Of a stretch of 64,000 nucleotides of DNA, positions 12,011 to 27,450 are shown piece after piece. The notes beneath the pieces were generated by a model that was given only the letters and a program-made list of their open reading frames with translations, did no database searches and was not told the origin of the DNA. Location of the stretch: assembly GCF_009914755.1 (NCBI RefSeq), contig NC_060928.1; one strand, written 5' to 3'. Source of the stretch: the human T2T-CHM13v2.0 reference genome, Homo sapiens. Every line of letters begins with the position of its first letter. Position 1 is the stretch's first letter. A program made the translations under genes and the position numbers.

Positions 12011-12301
12011 TTTTTCTAGAGATGGAGTCTTACTGTGTCACCAAGGCTGGAGTGCAGAGGCACAATCATGGCTCACTGCAGCCTCAAACTCCTGAGCTCA
12101 GGCAATCCTCCCACCTCAGCCACCAGAGTAGCTGGAACTACAGGCACATGCCCACTACATCCAGCTAATTTTTTATTTTTTGCTGAGATTGGGGTCTTGC
12201 TATGTTGCCCAGGCTGGTCTCAAACTCCTGGCTTCAAGCAATACCCCCATCCTGGCTTCCCAAGGTGCTAGGATTGGAGGCATGAACCACTGCTCCTGGC
12301 C
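12011..12301 (-). mobile_element. Alu (AluJ-like)
   Basis: GGCTCACTGCAGCCTCAAACTCCTGAGCTCAGGCAATCCTCCCACCTCAGC. Confidence 0.92.
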
Positions 12302-13479
12302 TTATCATTTTCTATTAGTTATTTCTATTTGGGGAAAACAAAAGAATGTATATCACACATTCTAAGAATCTGAAACTCTCTGGTGTCTAATGGCAGGGGT
12401 TAAACAGTTAGGGGGCAAAGAGCTGCATTTCTAAGAAACCATTTATCACTCACTCAATCTTTTTTTTACTTACTCAATTTTCTGCCCCCATGTTTCTGGG
12501 CAAATTAGTCACATCTGGACCTTGTCATCAGGACCTGGCATATCTTGCCTCTCTCCCTTTCCTTTTTGTCCTGAGGATACAGTAGAGCCCTATAAACCAG
12601 ACTCCTGGGACTTACCTGCAGTACTACACTTTCCACTGGATCCCAGCCAGTGGGATCATTTGTGGCCAGTTCAGATGCCACAGCCCCTACGATGGCCTAT
12701 TAAAAATCTGCATTGTCTGTTGATGTGACATACCTCCTGGCAGAAAACCCAGCCATCACCTCAGACCCCAGCCCAGCTCCTCTTTCATTCCTCTCTCATC
12801 TTCTTCACTTTCAACCATGAACTTACCTGTCCTTCATACAAGAGTCCTAATAATATAAAATAGTGTCTATAATTTATTGAGTGTTATTATAACTTCATGC
12901 TAAGAATCAACACATATCTTCTCATTTTAATCCTCCCAACAATGCTTTTAGTTGCATATAATCACTATTTTACAGACATAAAAAATGAGGATTGCACAGG
13001 AACAGCCGAGCCAGGATGTTAACATTTGTCTGTCTGGCCTTCTTTTGACCAGGGGTCTTTCTTTCCTCAGTTTTTCTTTCGCCCTGACTTTGTTCTCTGT
13101 TAGGTCTGGATTCCTAGCACCATCAGGCGACCTGCTCTCTCTCCCCATATAATCGCTTGGATTTCTTCTGATAGTGCCCAAGCAAGCCCTTAACAGTTTC
13201 CCTTTGTTGTCATCTGCACGGACAACCTGTGTGATCAGACATGCCCATCAGTTTCTTCCTGAATCTTTACTCTCAATACCTGTCAATCCAGTGCAGCCCA
13301 ACTTAGAAGCTCCTCTGCCTGTCTCCAGTAACCTGCAGCATCAGATGATTCCAGTTTGAATGGGAAAATGCTTTGTTTCTCTTGACTAAAAAACTGGGAC
13401 TAGCAGGGCATATTTGTGTTTTCAAAGAAGAATGTATCAGTCCAAGAAAGTTTCTAATGCAAGTAAATTTTCTAATTAG

Positions 13480-13832
13480 CAATGGTCCCCAATCTTTTTG
13501 GCACTAGGGACCAGTTTCCTAGAAGAGAATTTTTCCACAGACAGGTTGGGGGTGAGGATGGGGTTACGGTTTTGCAATGAAACATTTCCACCTCTGATCA
13601 TCAGGTACTAGTTACATTCTCATAAGGAGCACACAACCTAGATCCCTTGCATGAGCAGTTCACAATACGGTTCATGCTCCTGTGAGAATCTAATGCCACT
13701 GCTGATCTGATGGGAGGCAGAGCTCAGGCAGTAATGCTCACTCGCTTGCTGCTCACCTCCTGCGGTGCGGCCCGGTTCCTAACAGGCCACAGACCAGTAA
13801 CAGTCCACTGCCCAGGGTCCTAGGGACCCCAC
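13480..13832. mobile_element. MER1B-like hAT-Charlie DNA transposon
   Basis: Terminal inverted repeats CAATGGTCCCCAA / AGGGACCCCAC; internal GCAGTTCACAATACGGTTCATGCTCCTGTGAGAATCTAATGCC. Confidence 0.85.
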
Positions 13833-16800
13833 CTCTAATAGGAAGAAATTCAGAAAAGGGGATGGGAGGTGACATTTTACAGAAAAGGAAGCTGAGTCTC
13901 AGAAAGTGTTTGTCTTGGCCAAAAATAAGCAGCAAAATGTGAAAATGAAATTTCACTCTCTAATCATTTCCTCCAAGCCTTGTCCTCTTTCTGTCCCCAC
14001 CCGGCACCCTTCGTGAGCTGGCAATAAAAATCTCCCTCCTAGGTTTTCATGCTTATAGGAGAAGTCATTTGCTCAGAGAATCCCTGAGATGCATGGGGAC
14101 AGGACTAGCCTTCTCCCCTTCTCCACTTTACTCCATCTGGCCTTGCAGTGAGCCCTCTCTATGAGTAAAATTGTTGACGAGACCATTCACTCAATTATAG
14201 CATTTTATGTGATATTATTTCATGAAATAAAATGTTCAGCTCTTGATTACCAGCCTCCCAGTTTTCCACCAAGGATGTGATGTGTTCTCAATGTACATTT
14301 AAGTTCTGTGAAGATTTTCCATTCATACATTCATCCAATAAATGTCAAGACATAAAGAATGCCAAGTCCCAGGAAGAGAAAGAAGAGTCCCATAGAATAA
14401 GGGGTTTAATTTCATGAAATGATTTGCATCAAATTCACTGGCCTCTCCTTGACTTCCAAACTCATTATCTTTCTAACCCAAGGCTCAAGGTAAGCCTGCA
14501 TTCTTGTGACTCTTTCTGACAGTCAATCGTAACAAATCATGCTACCTCGGCTAACTGTCTTCACTTGATGTTCTACCCAGAAAAGCACAGTTGCTTTTCC
14601 TTCTGACCACAGCAGCCCTAGCCACACCCTGCATTGTCCAAGGGCATAGAGCCAAATTGCTGCTGTCACTGCTGCCACCTTTTGCTCCCTGACACCATCT
14701 AACAGAGCCTTGTGTCCCTACTATACTCCATGTCTTCCATCTCTAGGCTCCTCTTTTGCCACTGAGGAGCCCAGTAGGTGCCCACATTAGACACACTTCC
14801 TCACTGGCCAGACAGCAGATGGGCAGAACCACAAACTCACTTAAGCTGCTGTCTTGAGATGCAGCTTTCTCAGGGACAGCTGGAGAGACAAAGTACACAG
14901 TCTCTAAGTGCAGTGGTCATGTCTTGTTCATCTTTACATCTTAGCACCTAGAATAGTCTTTAGCACTGGGTAGGAGCTCTGCAAATATTTGTGGAAAGAA
15001 GGAAGAGAAGGAAACCAGAATACTGAGGTGATTTGCCTAAGACACCTAGTTTAGCAGAGAACTAGATACGAATCCTGGCTCCCAAAGTCCTGTATCCATG
15101 CTCATTCCACTCTACCACTCTAGGCTTACATTGGCCTCCTGAAAGAAGGAAAAATGAGATAAATAACAAGGGAAGGGAGAGAGGATACAGAAGAGAACAC
15201 CCAGTAAGGAAAATTTGGGGTTGTATTTGCAGGTGGCATAGCCACAAGGCCAGAGCTGATGTTTTCCTGGGCCCGAGGTGGTCTACTCCAAGGCAGATAC
15301 ATTGTAGTTATGGATAAATGGTGCTATTGATCAAATTCTCACATCTGGAAAAGGTCTAGCAAAATTGTTAATTCCAGGCATAGTGAAAGTAGCTCAAAAA
15401 TATGTATTTTCAAAATGTAAATATGGACAATTACCATTATCCCACCTCCAATCTCCAAGCTTTTCTTTATTTCATTAATCATTTAAAAAATAAATATAAT
15501 CTTTTCCTACCTAACCCAGCAAGATAAATGTGTCCTAAGAATTTGCTATTATTATTGCTGTTACTTAAAACATCTTTAGTGAACCAAGCATAGCAGGTAT
15601 TAATTAATCTGATTTAATTAGAATGAGTCAAATTATATTCAGAAACCCCAGTGAAAATTTTAATAAGAAATTTCTTTTCAGAATATGACTTTGATGCAAT
15701 TTTACTTTTTTCATGAGGTATGGACTGAGGAAGAGGAAGGAAGAGAAAGTAGGTAAAAGGAAATTTTTTTTTGCATTGCCATACTGTTAACCAAGACTAA
15801 AGACCAGAAGCAGAGAAATGGAATAATTAAAAAGTGATGACAATGTAATATTTAGGCATGCTGTCACACAGAGTCCAACAAAATGGTTTTAGAAATTATC
15901 TTTAATTCTTTTACTTACTGGGGAAAAAATAATCCAGAAAACTATAAAGAGATAAATATTTCCTATTATCCTGTTGTTTGAAAATAACTACAGTTAGTAT
16001 TTTAGTATATAGCCTATTCTACTGTTGCAAAATAGGTGCATTTCTAAGAAATCTCAACTTATCAAAAGAATGTAAAGAAACAGGTAACACTGGTTGAAAT
16101 TGGAGAAGGATGGCTGGGGAATAGGGATGGAACAAAAATTTCTCATTTAGAAATACTAGCATGTGCCTTTTAGATTTTGTCCTTTAAAAGTGTATCTCCT
16201 ATTAAAATTAAGCCAAATTGCAATTTAAAACTAACTTTTTTTAAAAAAAATGTTTTAATGGGAACAGAAATGTTAAAACTCACAGTAGAACAGAATTTTA
16301 AAAATAGTAATTTTAACAATAAATTTGTTTTCATAACCATAAATGTATTTGGTTATTGCTAGCTTTAATTTTAAAAAGGTAGATCAAAACCTACAAAAGG
16401 AAACACAAACTTCCTTACACTTTCCGCCACGTATTCAGCACCGTCTAATGCCTCATCACTGTTGCCATGCAGGTCTGCCTGCAGTACAGTCCATTACAGC
16501 CAGGGGAAGCAGCAGCTTTTTATCATTTCCCAGTTCCCAGTCAGTTCTGGTTATTACTAACAGTGATTCATTAAATTATGTTCAATAAGCAGCTAATTGT
16601 GCTATGTCCAATTTTTGTTAGGGACACTTTAACTGTAGGAGAAATTAATGCCTGTATAATTTTCCAAATGCTTTCCCCAGGCGTGTATACATATACTTTA
16701 TATAGAAGTTATCTTTTTAAATTTGTTTTTACCAAAAAAAGAATCATAATAAACATACTACTTTAGAAGGTTTTTTTCACCCAACAAAGCATTTTGAAAT

Positions 16801-17578
16801 TCTTCTCATTTTAACTTACCAAATTTCACCTTATCTACAATAAAAGTTTAATCCCTTATGAATGAGATTTATCTTTCAAAAAAGAAATGAATTTGCTTTT
16901 CTCCTTTCATACTGCCAGTATTTTCAGTATCTTTATGATGTTACTATACGAACATAAAAAATCAGTGTGATTCCATTACCATTTAAAGCCAGACACTAAG
17001 ACCAATGGAGGCTGATATTCCTGTAGGCCATAGCAACCCTGGGAAATCTTGCCTTTGCTGAAGCTATACCAAATCCAGAAGTAATTGAAGTCCCCCTAAG
17101 GTTTCAGGTCCCCCCAAAGAAGGCAGGAGTTGTGCATTACTCAGCATTCTCAGATCTATTCTAAAGCAGATTATTTTCTTAGATTTTGATTCAATTCCAT
17201 GCAATTCAAGCATTTTTATTTAATAAGTACAAGGCATTGTGCTCAAGGAGAAGTGTACAAGCTAAACTGGATCATTCTAATTTTCCTGAACACTTACAAC
17301 CTCGTAGGAAGACATACATACATAAGTAAGTATGATACAAGGAAAATTTGTAAGACAAAGTAAATAAAAGTATTATAAGAAACACAGAAGAGGGATAGAT
17401 TACTTTAGGCTGAGTGAGGTGGCTTTTGAGTTCCTACTAGAAGGGTGTGTAGGATTGTGACTAGAAGAGAGAGGAAGGTCTGGATGGAGCAACAAGAGTC
17501 TGGGCTATTAACACAGGTTTGAGTCAGGCTGACCGGAGCTGTAAAGCCCTTCTCGTTCTCACTGTGTGTTCTTTTCAG

Positions 17579-17840
17579 TTCTGTCTTCCTGAGGCTGCTG
17601 TTTCTGGGCATGGCCAGGGGATCTTCAGACTTTACAAACCAGTTGTGCAGAGCCAGGCATTTCAATAAGGAACAAAATGCTGAGTAACAACATGAAGTCA
17701 GAGTGTTGCTTGCCAAGAGCTGGGAGGCCTGGGTGGTTTCCCAATCTTAAAGAAGCAGAAGGATATTAAAGTGAGCCTCCCAAAGGAAAACGTGGATCTA
17801 CTTACCAACGCAGAAAATGATACACACGGATTCGATTTAG
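17579..17840 (+). other. Candidate non-coding exon
   Basis: Acceptor TTCTCACTGTGTGTTCTTTTCAG ending at 17578 and consensus donor TAG|GTAAGT at 17840/17841, in non-repetitive sequence; no recognisable protein. Confidence 0.3.
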
Positions 17841-18359
17841 GTAAGTGCACCCCCTGTGATGACTATTGGTCACTTCCAGATCACATGGACTAACTGTAGG
17901 TCTCAACTATTTTGACTTTTTTTTTCCAGAACAGACTAATACATAACTAACGGCTTACCTTTGTGAAAAATATTTTATGCACTGTAGAACAGATAATTTT
18001 CAGTCCTGGGCCAAAGGGGGAAACTTTGGAGAGAATTAAACAGGAAATGACTCTGCTACAAAGAATTCAGGAGCATGAGTGAAGTGAATAAACAATCCAG
18101 GCACGATTGATGAATTCTAGATGTCCTGGGAATAACAGGGCTTGTTGCCAGCTCAGATGGGTGAAATCCTACTCTGATGAAAGGCTCCAGGGCTGCAAGG
18201 AGACCACTCCTACATCCATCACATCAGTGTCACAGGTTTACCACCTGCTCAGCGATTATTCAACATCCTAAGGCCTTTTGCCCCATTACACACGTTTGAC
18301 CACTTAGTCCAGGAATGAGGTACCAAATACTAGGGAGATCTCATAAAGCCTGCAGCTAA

Positions 18360-18683
<324 letters not shown>

Positions 18684-19026
18684 AGGAGTTCCTTATTTTA
18701 ATATTTGCTGAAAATTCTCCACCATAATTTAAACATGTAATGATAAGAAAAATATCTGCTTCTGACTGAATATTTAGAAAACACAGAGCTATATAACATA
18801 GAAAAAAACCCAAGTCGACCACTGACAAATAATTATTAGGACTATTTCTTTTCATTCTGTGTTCTCTGCACATATGAAAGTAAAAAATTGGAATCATATT
18901 GTATATACAGTTTTATATTAATTTTTTTACATAGTCACTTTAATAACAATACATATGCTATGTTATCACTATAGAATGTAAATTCAGGTTAGACAAGAAA
19001 ATTTCACAAGTGTAATAAAGCATTCT

Positions 19027-19195
19027 AATTAGCTGGGCGTGGTGGTGTGCACCTGTAGTCCCAGCTACTCTGGAGGCTGATGTGGTAAGATTGCTTGAGT
19101 CTGGGAAGTTAAGGCTTCAGCGAGCTGTGATCATGCCACTGCACTCTAGAGCCTGGGTGACAGAGCAAGACCCCATCTAAAAATATATATATATA
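19027..19195 (+). mobile_element. Alu right monomer (FRAM/AluJ) inside the pseudogene 3'UTR
   Basis: AATTAGCTGGGCGTGGTGGTGTGCACCTGTAGTCCCAGC...GAGCAAGACCCCATCT; flanked by AAGCATT on both sides. Confidence 0.9.
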
Positions 19196-19763
19196 AATTA
19201 AGCATTTTGCCTTTTATCAAAGTTTGTGTATAGTATCTGGCCAAACCCGCTTGCTCATTAGTCACTTTCATTATAGGTAATTTGTTTAGTTTCTTGTTTA
19301 TGATTCTTCTGGAGAAAATTTGAAAAGTGTTCTTCACTTACCTTAGCATGAGTGCTTAAAATAGGATGACATTTAAAAATTATTCTAATATAACAGCAGC
19401 TAAAATATAATTCTGCACTTATAAAAGAGCTAAACTGGAGTTCATAATTAAGTTATTCTCATGTTTACAATTATGATTCTGAAATAAATACTGTTACTAT
19501 GAAGCTCTATTGTAAGCTTTCTTGATTCGGTTTAGACACACATACATACACTTAAGAGTTGTGAGAGGCGTTACAAGTTGTTAATGTATTCCATGCACGT
19601 TTCAGAAAAGTTCTAATAGAGACAGCCAGTTCACAAGACAGGAAGAAGAAAAGTTAGATTAACCAGGGCAGATAAGACTCCTATATAACATACAAAGCAT
19701 GTGAAATTCTTCAGCAAACTGGGAATACTTCAGGGATCGCCAGCTATCTTCTTTAGAACTAAT

Positions 19764-20257
<494 letters not shown>

Positions 20258-20876
20258 TAATTTAATCTTTACAGTCTAAGAAGGTGGTTTTAAAGTTTTA
20301 ACATCATCAAGTGGAATTAGGTGACATGTTTCCTTTGTGTTAACTTGACTTCCCTGAATGACCTAGTTAGTGAACTAGTCACTAGTAATTTGGTCACCAG
20401 GCAAATCAAGCATGCAAGAAAGGAAGCCAGTATTCAAAATACCGTGTTATCGTCTGAACCCACTCAAGTAATTTATTTCCAACATAAACATGTAACCTCA
20501 ATAATGAGATGTCTAACTAAAGTAAGGTCCTCTCACAAGATCAAGACAGCATCCTCCTTCCAAGGCTTAGGCTTTGCCCAGAATTCCTAATACACAGAAC
20601 AGCCCATACCAACAGTCATTGCTTCTACAACACATGTGGATCAGGAGAAGGGACCTTTTAGCATTTCCTCTGCTCTTCCATTTGTATAATCCTTATGGAA
20701 CAATTGCTGGAAAGCCTGCCATTCCAGTGAGAACAAATGGTGGCTCTTCAACTTTTCGAACAAGTTTGGATCCTTGATCTTTATCATAGGAAGAAAGGGA
20801 AACATCTGTGTCTGTTGACATAGTGATTGAAGAATCTTCCTAGAGTGAGAAAATCTCTCACAATCCAACTGACCTC

Positions 20877-21110
20877 TATATTAATTTTTTATCTAACATA
20901 TTATAGTCATTTGCCATGTTATTAAGCATTGTTGTAAACATTGCTTTTAATGCTTATATAATATTTTATCTTACAGGTGTATGACAATTTATTTAAAAGT
21001 TCCCCTTCTTGGGATGCTTAGAGTGTTTCCACATTTTTAAATTATAAATAACACTTATGGACATCTGTACATATAAATCTTTTACCACAAATAAAATTGT
21101 TTCCCTAGGA
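20877..21110 (-). mobile_element. Old L1ME-like fragment hosting the pseudogene (continues at about 18840-18913)
   Basis: AAAAATTGGAATCATATTGTATATACAGTTT on the left; CTTAGAGTGTTTCCACATTTT...TTTCCCTAGGAT on the right. Confidence 0.6.
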
Positions 21111-21599
21111 TTCACGTAAAAAAACATGGAGCAAGGTTTGAAGCTGTTGAACTCTATGGTTCCTTCTTCTTCTTTCCAGGCACGCTACATTCAAATGACT
21201 TGGAAGAGCAGGTTCTCTGAGCCAGGATACTAAAGTCCCTGTTTAGGAAAGAGCCACGTTGTATGTTTACCCTACCACAAAGATACAGGTGAGAAAAACT
21301 GAGACCTGGGATGGTGGACCAAAGAGAGACACTGACAGAATGAGCCCTAGACTTCCAGAGTCTGGGAAACTTAGGCCAGATAAAGACTAGTAGTCTGGCA
21401 GTTATTACTGGGAATCACTCTTACTCTACAGCTAGGCGTGTGCCATTCCTCCTGTCCCTTAACTAGAAACTCCCTATGGATAACCTGGCTTCTCATTCCA
21501 CTGGGAAAATTGAAGCATGCAGTAGAGACCTTCCACAAGCTCCCTCCACCACCTCTTACCCACTTGCCTGTCTCTATGCACATAAATATCTGTCTTCTT

Positions 21600-22560
21600 T
21601 TCTTTCAATACCATGTATAGGTTGACAACACTCACATTTTCATATCTCCAGCCCAGATTTCTCCCGTGTGTCTTGACTTGATATCTAATTTCCTACATGA
21701 CATCTCTCTTTGGATGACTAATAATCATCTCAAATGTGTATGTCCAATACCAGACTGCTGATCTGCCTCCAAACCTGTTTTTCCTGTAGTCTTGTGCACA
21801 TAAGTTGAAGGCAACGCCATCTTTTTACTTTCTCATGCCAAAAAACTTGGAGTCCTTTTTGATTTATCTCTGTCTCTCACACCCCACATCCCATCCATCA
21901 GCAAATATTTGCATCATGTCTCACTGGATACTGCAACCATCTCCTTGCTGATCTCACTGCTTTTCAGCCTATTTCACAACCCAGCGGTTGAAATAGTTCT
22001 TTTAAAACATAGGTCAGATCATGTCATTTCTCAAACCTACCAAATACTTCCATTTCACTCAGAGTAAAATACAAAGTCCTTATAATGGCCATACACAATC
22101 TGCCCCCTCCCCATCTCCTTACCCATCTCACTTCATGTCCTGCTATTTTCTCCTTTGTTTGTCTCTGCTGCAGCCACACTGGCCTTCTTACTGTTCTATA
22201 AATATGCCAGGCACTTTCCTGCCTCAGGGTCTATGTACTTCCCATGCTTTCTGCTCTTCCAGATTTCTGCAGAGCTCATTTCCTACCTCCTTTATGTCTT
22301 TACTTGTTCATCTTCTCATGCGACTTTCCTACCATGTTTAATTGCAAACTCCTGCCCCCAACACTCCATGTCTCTCTTTCTACCTTATTTTTCTCCATCA
22401 TGCTTATCACTCACCAACAGACCTCACTTATTTGGTTTATTGTCTGTCTGCCCCTACTGACAGACAGTTCTTTTATCTATTTTGCTCATTGCTATATACT
22501 TAGCACCTAGATAGTGCCTGGCACATACTTGGTGCTTCAAATACACTTGCTGAATAAAGT
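21600..22560 (+). mobile_element. L2 (L2a-like) 3' region
   Basis: CATATCTCCAGCCCAGATTTCTCCC, GCAGCCACACTGGCCTTCTTACTG, ending AGCACCTAGATAGTGCCTGGCACATA...TGCTGAATAAA. Confidence 0.85.
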
Positions 22561-23040
22561 ATGGGCATGCTATGAAAAGGCATAGATAGGTAAGGACTTT
22601 TGGGTCCAGATTGTGAGAAAGTCATTGGCACCAAGATGTTTTCACTCAATTTTCTGAGTCCTATTACAGAATCCTGGCCAAAAGTATAATACACCAAAGA
22701 ACCAGAATTATCATAGGTGAAGTAAACCAGGCCAATTGTTTTCTAGATCCTCTTAGGTATTTTTGTGAATTATACATGTTATGGGAAATTTTAAACTTGT
22801 CTATACTAAAGCAAATTAGAATGCTTTGATAAAGCTTATTTTGGATTTCTCAGTGCTTCTCCTTGGTCACAAAATATGGCAAGGGGTTCTAGAAATAGAT
22901 TTAGTGGGGGAAGGAAAGAAACTAACATGGAATCGAGTGACTTCTAAATTTCTAAACCCCTTACATCTCATTTAAACTTTTGACAACTTTTGAGTCAAGA
23001 AACATTATTCCAGCTATGAATATATACAAATTGAGGTTCG

Positions 23041-23338
23041 GGCCTGGTGAAATGACTCATGCTGGTAATCTCAGCACTTTGGGAGGCCAAGGCAAGAGGA
23101 CGGCTTGAGCCCAGGATTTTGAGACCAGCATAGGCAACACAGCAAGACTCTCTCTCTACAAAAAATTAAAAATTTATCTGGGCATGGTGACACACACCTG
23201 TAATCTCAGCTACTCAAGACGCTGATCTGGGAGGATCACTTGAGCCTAAGAAATCAAGGCTGCAGTGAGTCATGATTGTGCCACAGCACTCCAGCCTGGG
23301 TGACAGAGCAAGACCTTGTCTCAAAAAACAAAAAAAAA
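23041..23338 (+). mobile_element. Alu (AluJ-like) inserted in a MIR
   Basis: Alu body; TSD AAA(T/C)TGAGGTTC on both sides, inside the MIR core. Confidence 0.92.
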
Positions 23339-23447
23339 TCAAACTGAGGTTCAGAGAGAAATATTAATTTCTCCAATTTTGCACAGCCAGCAAATGGCAG
23401 GCTTAGAATTCCATCCACTAGCTAACTGAGTAGTATAGGACCTAGAC

Positions 23448-23659
23448 CAAGCTTGTCCAACCCACGGCCCACAGACTGCATGTGGTCCAGGACATCTTTG
23501 AATATGGCCTAGAACAAATCTGTAAACTTTCTTAAACATTATGAGATTGTTTTGCGATTTTTTTTAAGCTCATCAGCTATCATTGGTGTTAGTGTATTTT
23601 ATGTGTGGCCCAAGACAATTTTTCTTCCAATGTGGCCCAGGGAAGCCTTGAACACCCTG
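23448..23659. mobile_element. MER30-like hAT-Charlie MITE
   Basis: Ends CAAGCTTGTCCAA / TTGAACACCCTG; 8-bp TSD ACCTAGAC (23440-23447) / ACTTAGAC (23660-23667). Confidence 0.88.
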
Positions 23660-25069
23660 ACTTAGACTTTATAGCTAATAGCTTGACAAATTAGGTGACT
23701 TAGGAGAAATCATTTAATATTTGTCTCAGTTGTCTGCCAAAAAAAAAAAAAATGTAAATTCACTTCAGACACACATCTTAGAATAACCCAGGGTGATAAT
23801 TTCAGATTTTTCTGGCTCTTGTTTATTTCTTAGCTCCTTCAGAAGAAAGAAAATGTTCTAAATGTTAGGATCCACTGGGGCTGTTATGTTTCCTAGTTCA
23901 AATCTTTAAACTGTTGTTAAACCACAACAATTACCACAAGCACAGAGCCTCCTGGAACATTTTCCCAAGTAAAACAAATACTCTAGCTGTGTGAGGGTAT
24001 CAGGCAAAGCTAGAAATGGGACTCCTTGCTGGCTATCCATGTGAAGGGCTTTGTTTAAGGAAATGCTATGTTGCCAGCACAGTCACTTGTCAAAGACAAT
24101 AGCTGTTGGCAAAGCATTAATATGTGAGGATTGGGAGAGCTGCCAGTGGAAGCAAACTGTTTTGTGGTGTGTACAATGTTGTGCTGGGACATCAGCTGAA
24201 GTTCACCATTGATGACCATCTGAAAACTGCCTTCCACTCACAGTACACTCAAATGGACAACTCAGCAAATTGAAGAATGAATTTCTAGGGAGAGGCAACA
24301 CGGTATAATTAATGAAAAAAGAACTAGAATAGAAGTGAAAACCCCTCATTTTAATTCCAATGTTGTGACTCTGATACCTCCTTTAATTTCCCTGCATCAT
24401 TTTCCTTATTCACTCACTTACCCAGGCACTCAACCAGGCATCCAGCAAGTATGTATTGAATGCCAGCTTGTATTCAAGGCACTGGGTGAAATGATGTGAT
24501 CATTTCATGATTCTGCTTTATGTATGTTAGAGATAATAGTCCCATCTGCCTCAAATTGATGTAATGAGGATGAAAACCCAGTTTCCACTTTGGTAGAAAT
24601 GGAAATATGTTTGTCTTGCCTACTTCATGGATCTATTATGAGAATCATAAGAGATAATTATGTGGGTATACTTAATGAACTTAAAGTGTTAGATAGATAT
24701 GCGAAAAATAAGTAAATAAATACTTTGACCAGAACAAAACTTACATCATTGCTGAATATTACTTGGGGAGAGAGGCACAGAGAGAGAGAGACAGAGAGAG
24801 AGACAGACAGAGACAGAGAAAGAAAATGCAAATGAGATCCAGTGCCATTTACCTATTCTTTTCTTTTTTTCAGTGAAAGCAAGACTTACAACGATAAAAA
24901 TAGAAGTTAGTTTCAATAATTATTTTTATAATTTTTTCAGTGAAAATCCACAGACAAGAACAAAACTCATGGTTCTCAAATTATACTCTTATACTGATTA
25001 TCAGTAGTTTTAGGTGTTTGGGTTCTGAAATTCAATGCTAGGACTGGGAGTAGAGGATTTTATTGCTAA

Positions 25070-25552
25070 TATATCAGGATTAGGTTTTGCTGCACATTTA
25101 AAAAAAAAAAAAAAAAGCAAACTACCAAAGCCTAAAGCAAGCTGGAATTTGGGGGTTTCTTTTCTCAGATAAAAGGAGTTGGAAGAGAAACTATCTAGCT
25201 ATGGCCACTCCATAATATCATCTGGGACCCCCAGGCTCTTTTCTCTATTATCTTAACACATGGCTTTTATTATTAAGGTCATCTCTGGGCTGCTGAAGCT
25301 CCAGTTATCACACCTGCATTGCAAGCCAAAATAAGAAGGAGATGCAGAAAGTATCACCCCCAGCTGAGTAAAATTGTGTTAAGTAGCCCTTCTAAACGTT
25401 TTATCTAGGAATTATGCTTTCATATCTTTGACAGAGATTAGTCACGTGGCCACAGTTAGCCACAGGGGTGACTGGGAAATGTAGTTTTTGTCTTGAGAGC
25501 TATTCTGCTGGGATAAGAATCAAGGTTAGGCAACTAGCTATCTTTTCCACAC
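25070..25552. mobile_element. MLT1-like MaLR LTR
   Basis: TCAGGATTAGGTTTTGCTGC, GCTGCTGAAGCTCCAG, GATTAGTCACGTGGCCACA, CTGGGAAATGTAGTTTT. Confidence 0.65.
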
Positions 25553-26138
25553 AAAATATTACAGAAAAAAGATGTTAATGGATAGAATGTTCTCAATTAC
25601 ACATTTTTCTCCATACCTTTTACATATTCCTTTGGTTTTAAGAATATTATCATTCTCCTATAATAGTATACAATAGTATATGATTCAAAACAAAATTATA
25701 AACTGGATTTTTTTAACAATCTAAGTATTTATATTTCATTTTATCCTACAAAGAGCAACATGATTTTCAGTTGTTTTATCACATGAATATATTCAAGCCC
25801 CATTAATCCAAATCAAATAAAATTATGGAAGTCTAGAAATCCATTCTGTATGGAAGCAAGCTAACAGCAGCGTTCCATCTTCTAACAGCCTTAGCCCAGG
25901 AGCATTTACCAGTAAGCATATTGATTTGAGCGTCAGCATAAAATAAGGCATCCCTGAATTTTTACCAACAAAGAAAAGTGTCCTTGCACTGTGGTCACAG
26001 CATGTGTATCTTTCTACATCTGCCCTCAAATTCCCAACAACATGATTGTGCTCTGAGTGGAAGCCTCTTGGTGTTCTGTGTTGCCTTCATCCATATAAGT
26101 ATATGTAGGTCTTTCTGTTCATTTAGAGTTTGCCTTTT

Positions 26139-26447
26139 GTGTGTGTGACAGGGTCTTACTCTGTCATCTAGGCTAGATAGAGTGCACCAGTGTGATTGTA
26201 GCTCACTGCAGACTTGACTTTGTGGGCTAAAGAGATCTTCCTGCCTCAGCCTCAGCCCCTGACCCCTGACCCCCAGGAATTACTGGTGCATACCACTATG
26301 CCCAGCTAATTTTTTATTCTTTATTTTTTAGAGATGGGGTCTGATTATGTTTCCCAGGCTGGTCTCAAACTCCTGGGCTCAAGTGATCCTTCCACCCCAC
26401 TGTCCCAAGTGTTAGAGCACATCATGGGTGTCAGCTACTGCACCCAG
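26139..26447 (-). mobile_element. Alu (AluJ-like)
   Basis: GACAGGGTCTTACTCTGTC...GGCTGGTCTCAAACTCCTGGGCTCAAGTGATCC. Confidence 0.9.
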
Positions 26448-26887
26448 AGAGAATCTGCCTTAAGACTTTAAAGAATTCTGAGCAATAGTGTCTGAGGGGC
26501 TCATTCCCTAACCTAAAGAGGATTACAAACCAGCTGGGTTATGAAAGAGCAGCAGCCATCCAAAACTGTCCTGATTGGGGAAGTGAACTCTGCATGCCAC
26601 AAAGCAGGAATGGCAGCCAAATGAGAAACATATGCTCTGGATTCTGATGCAAAGTTTTTATTTCTTTAAAAACAACTGCATTAAAGTGACATAAACTTAA
26701 ATTTAATCCAATTTGGACCTTACTGGAAAACAGTATGAATTTTGGGTGAAATATTTTGGAGAAATTTGAAATATCTACTATGTTATGTGACCTTAGACAA
26801 AGAACTTAACCACACCAAGTTATTGTTATTATATGAATAATAACAGTAATGTCAAATAGCAATAATAATGCCAAAAGAACTGACAGT

Positions 26888-27450
<563 letters not shown>

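Noticed and set aside
20641-20868. 75-aa minus-strand ORF over the pseudogene
   Set aside because: Alternative frame of the HIGD1A retrocopy; the true frame starts at 20821 and is disrupted.
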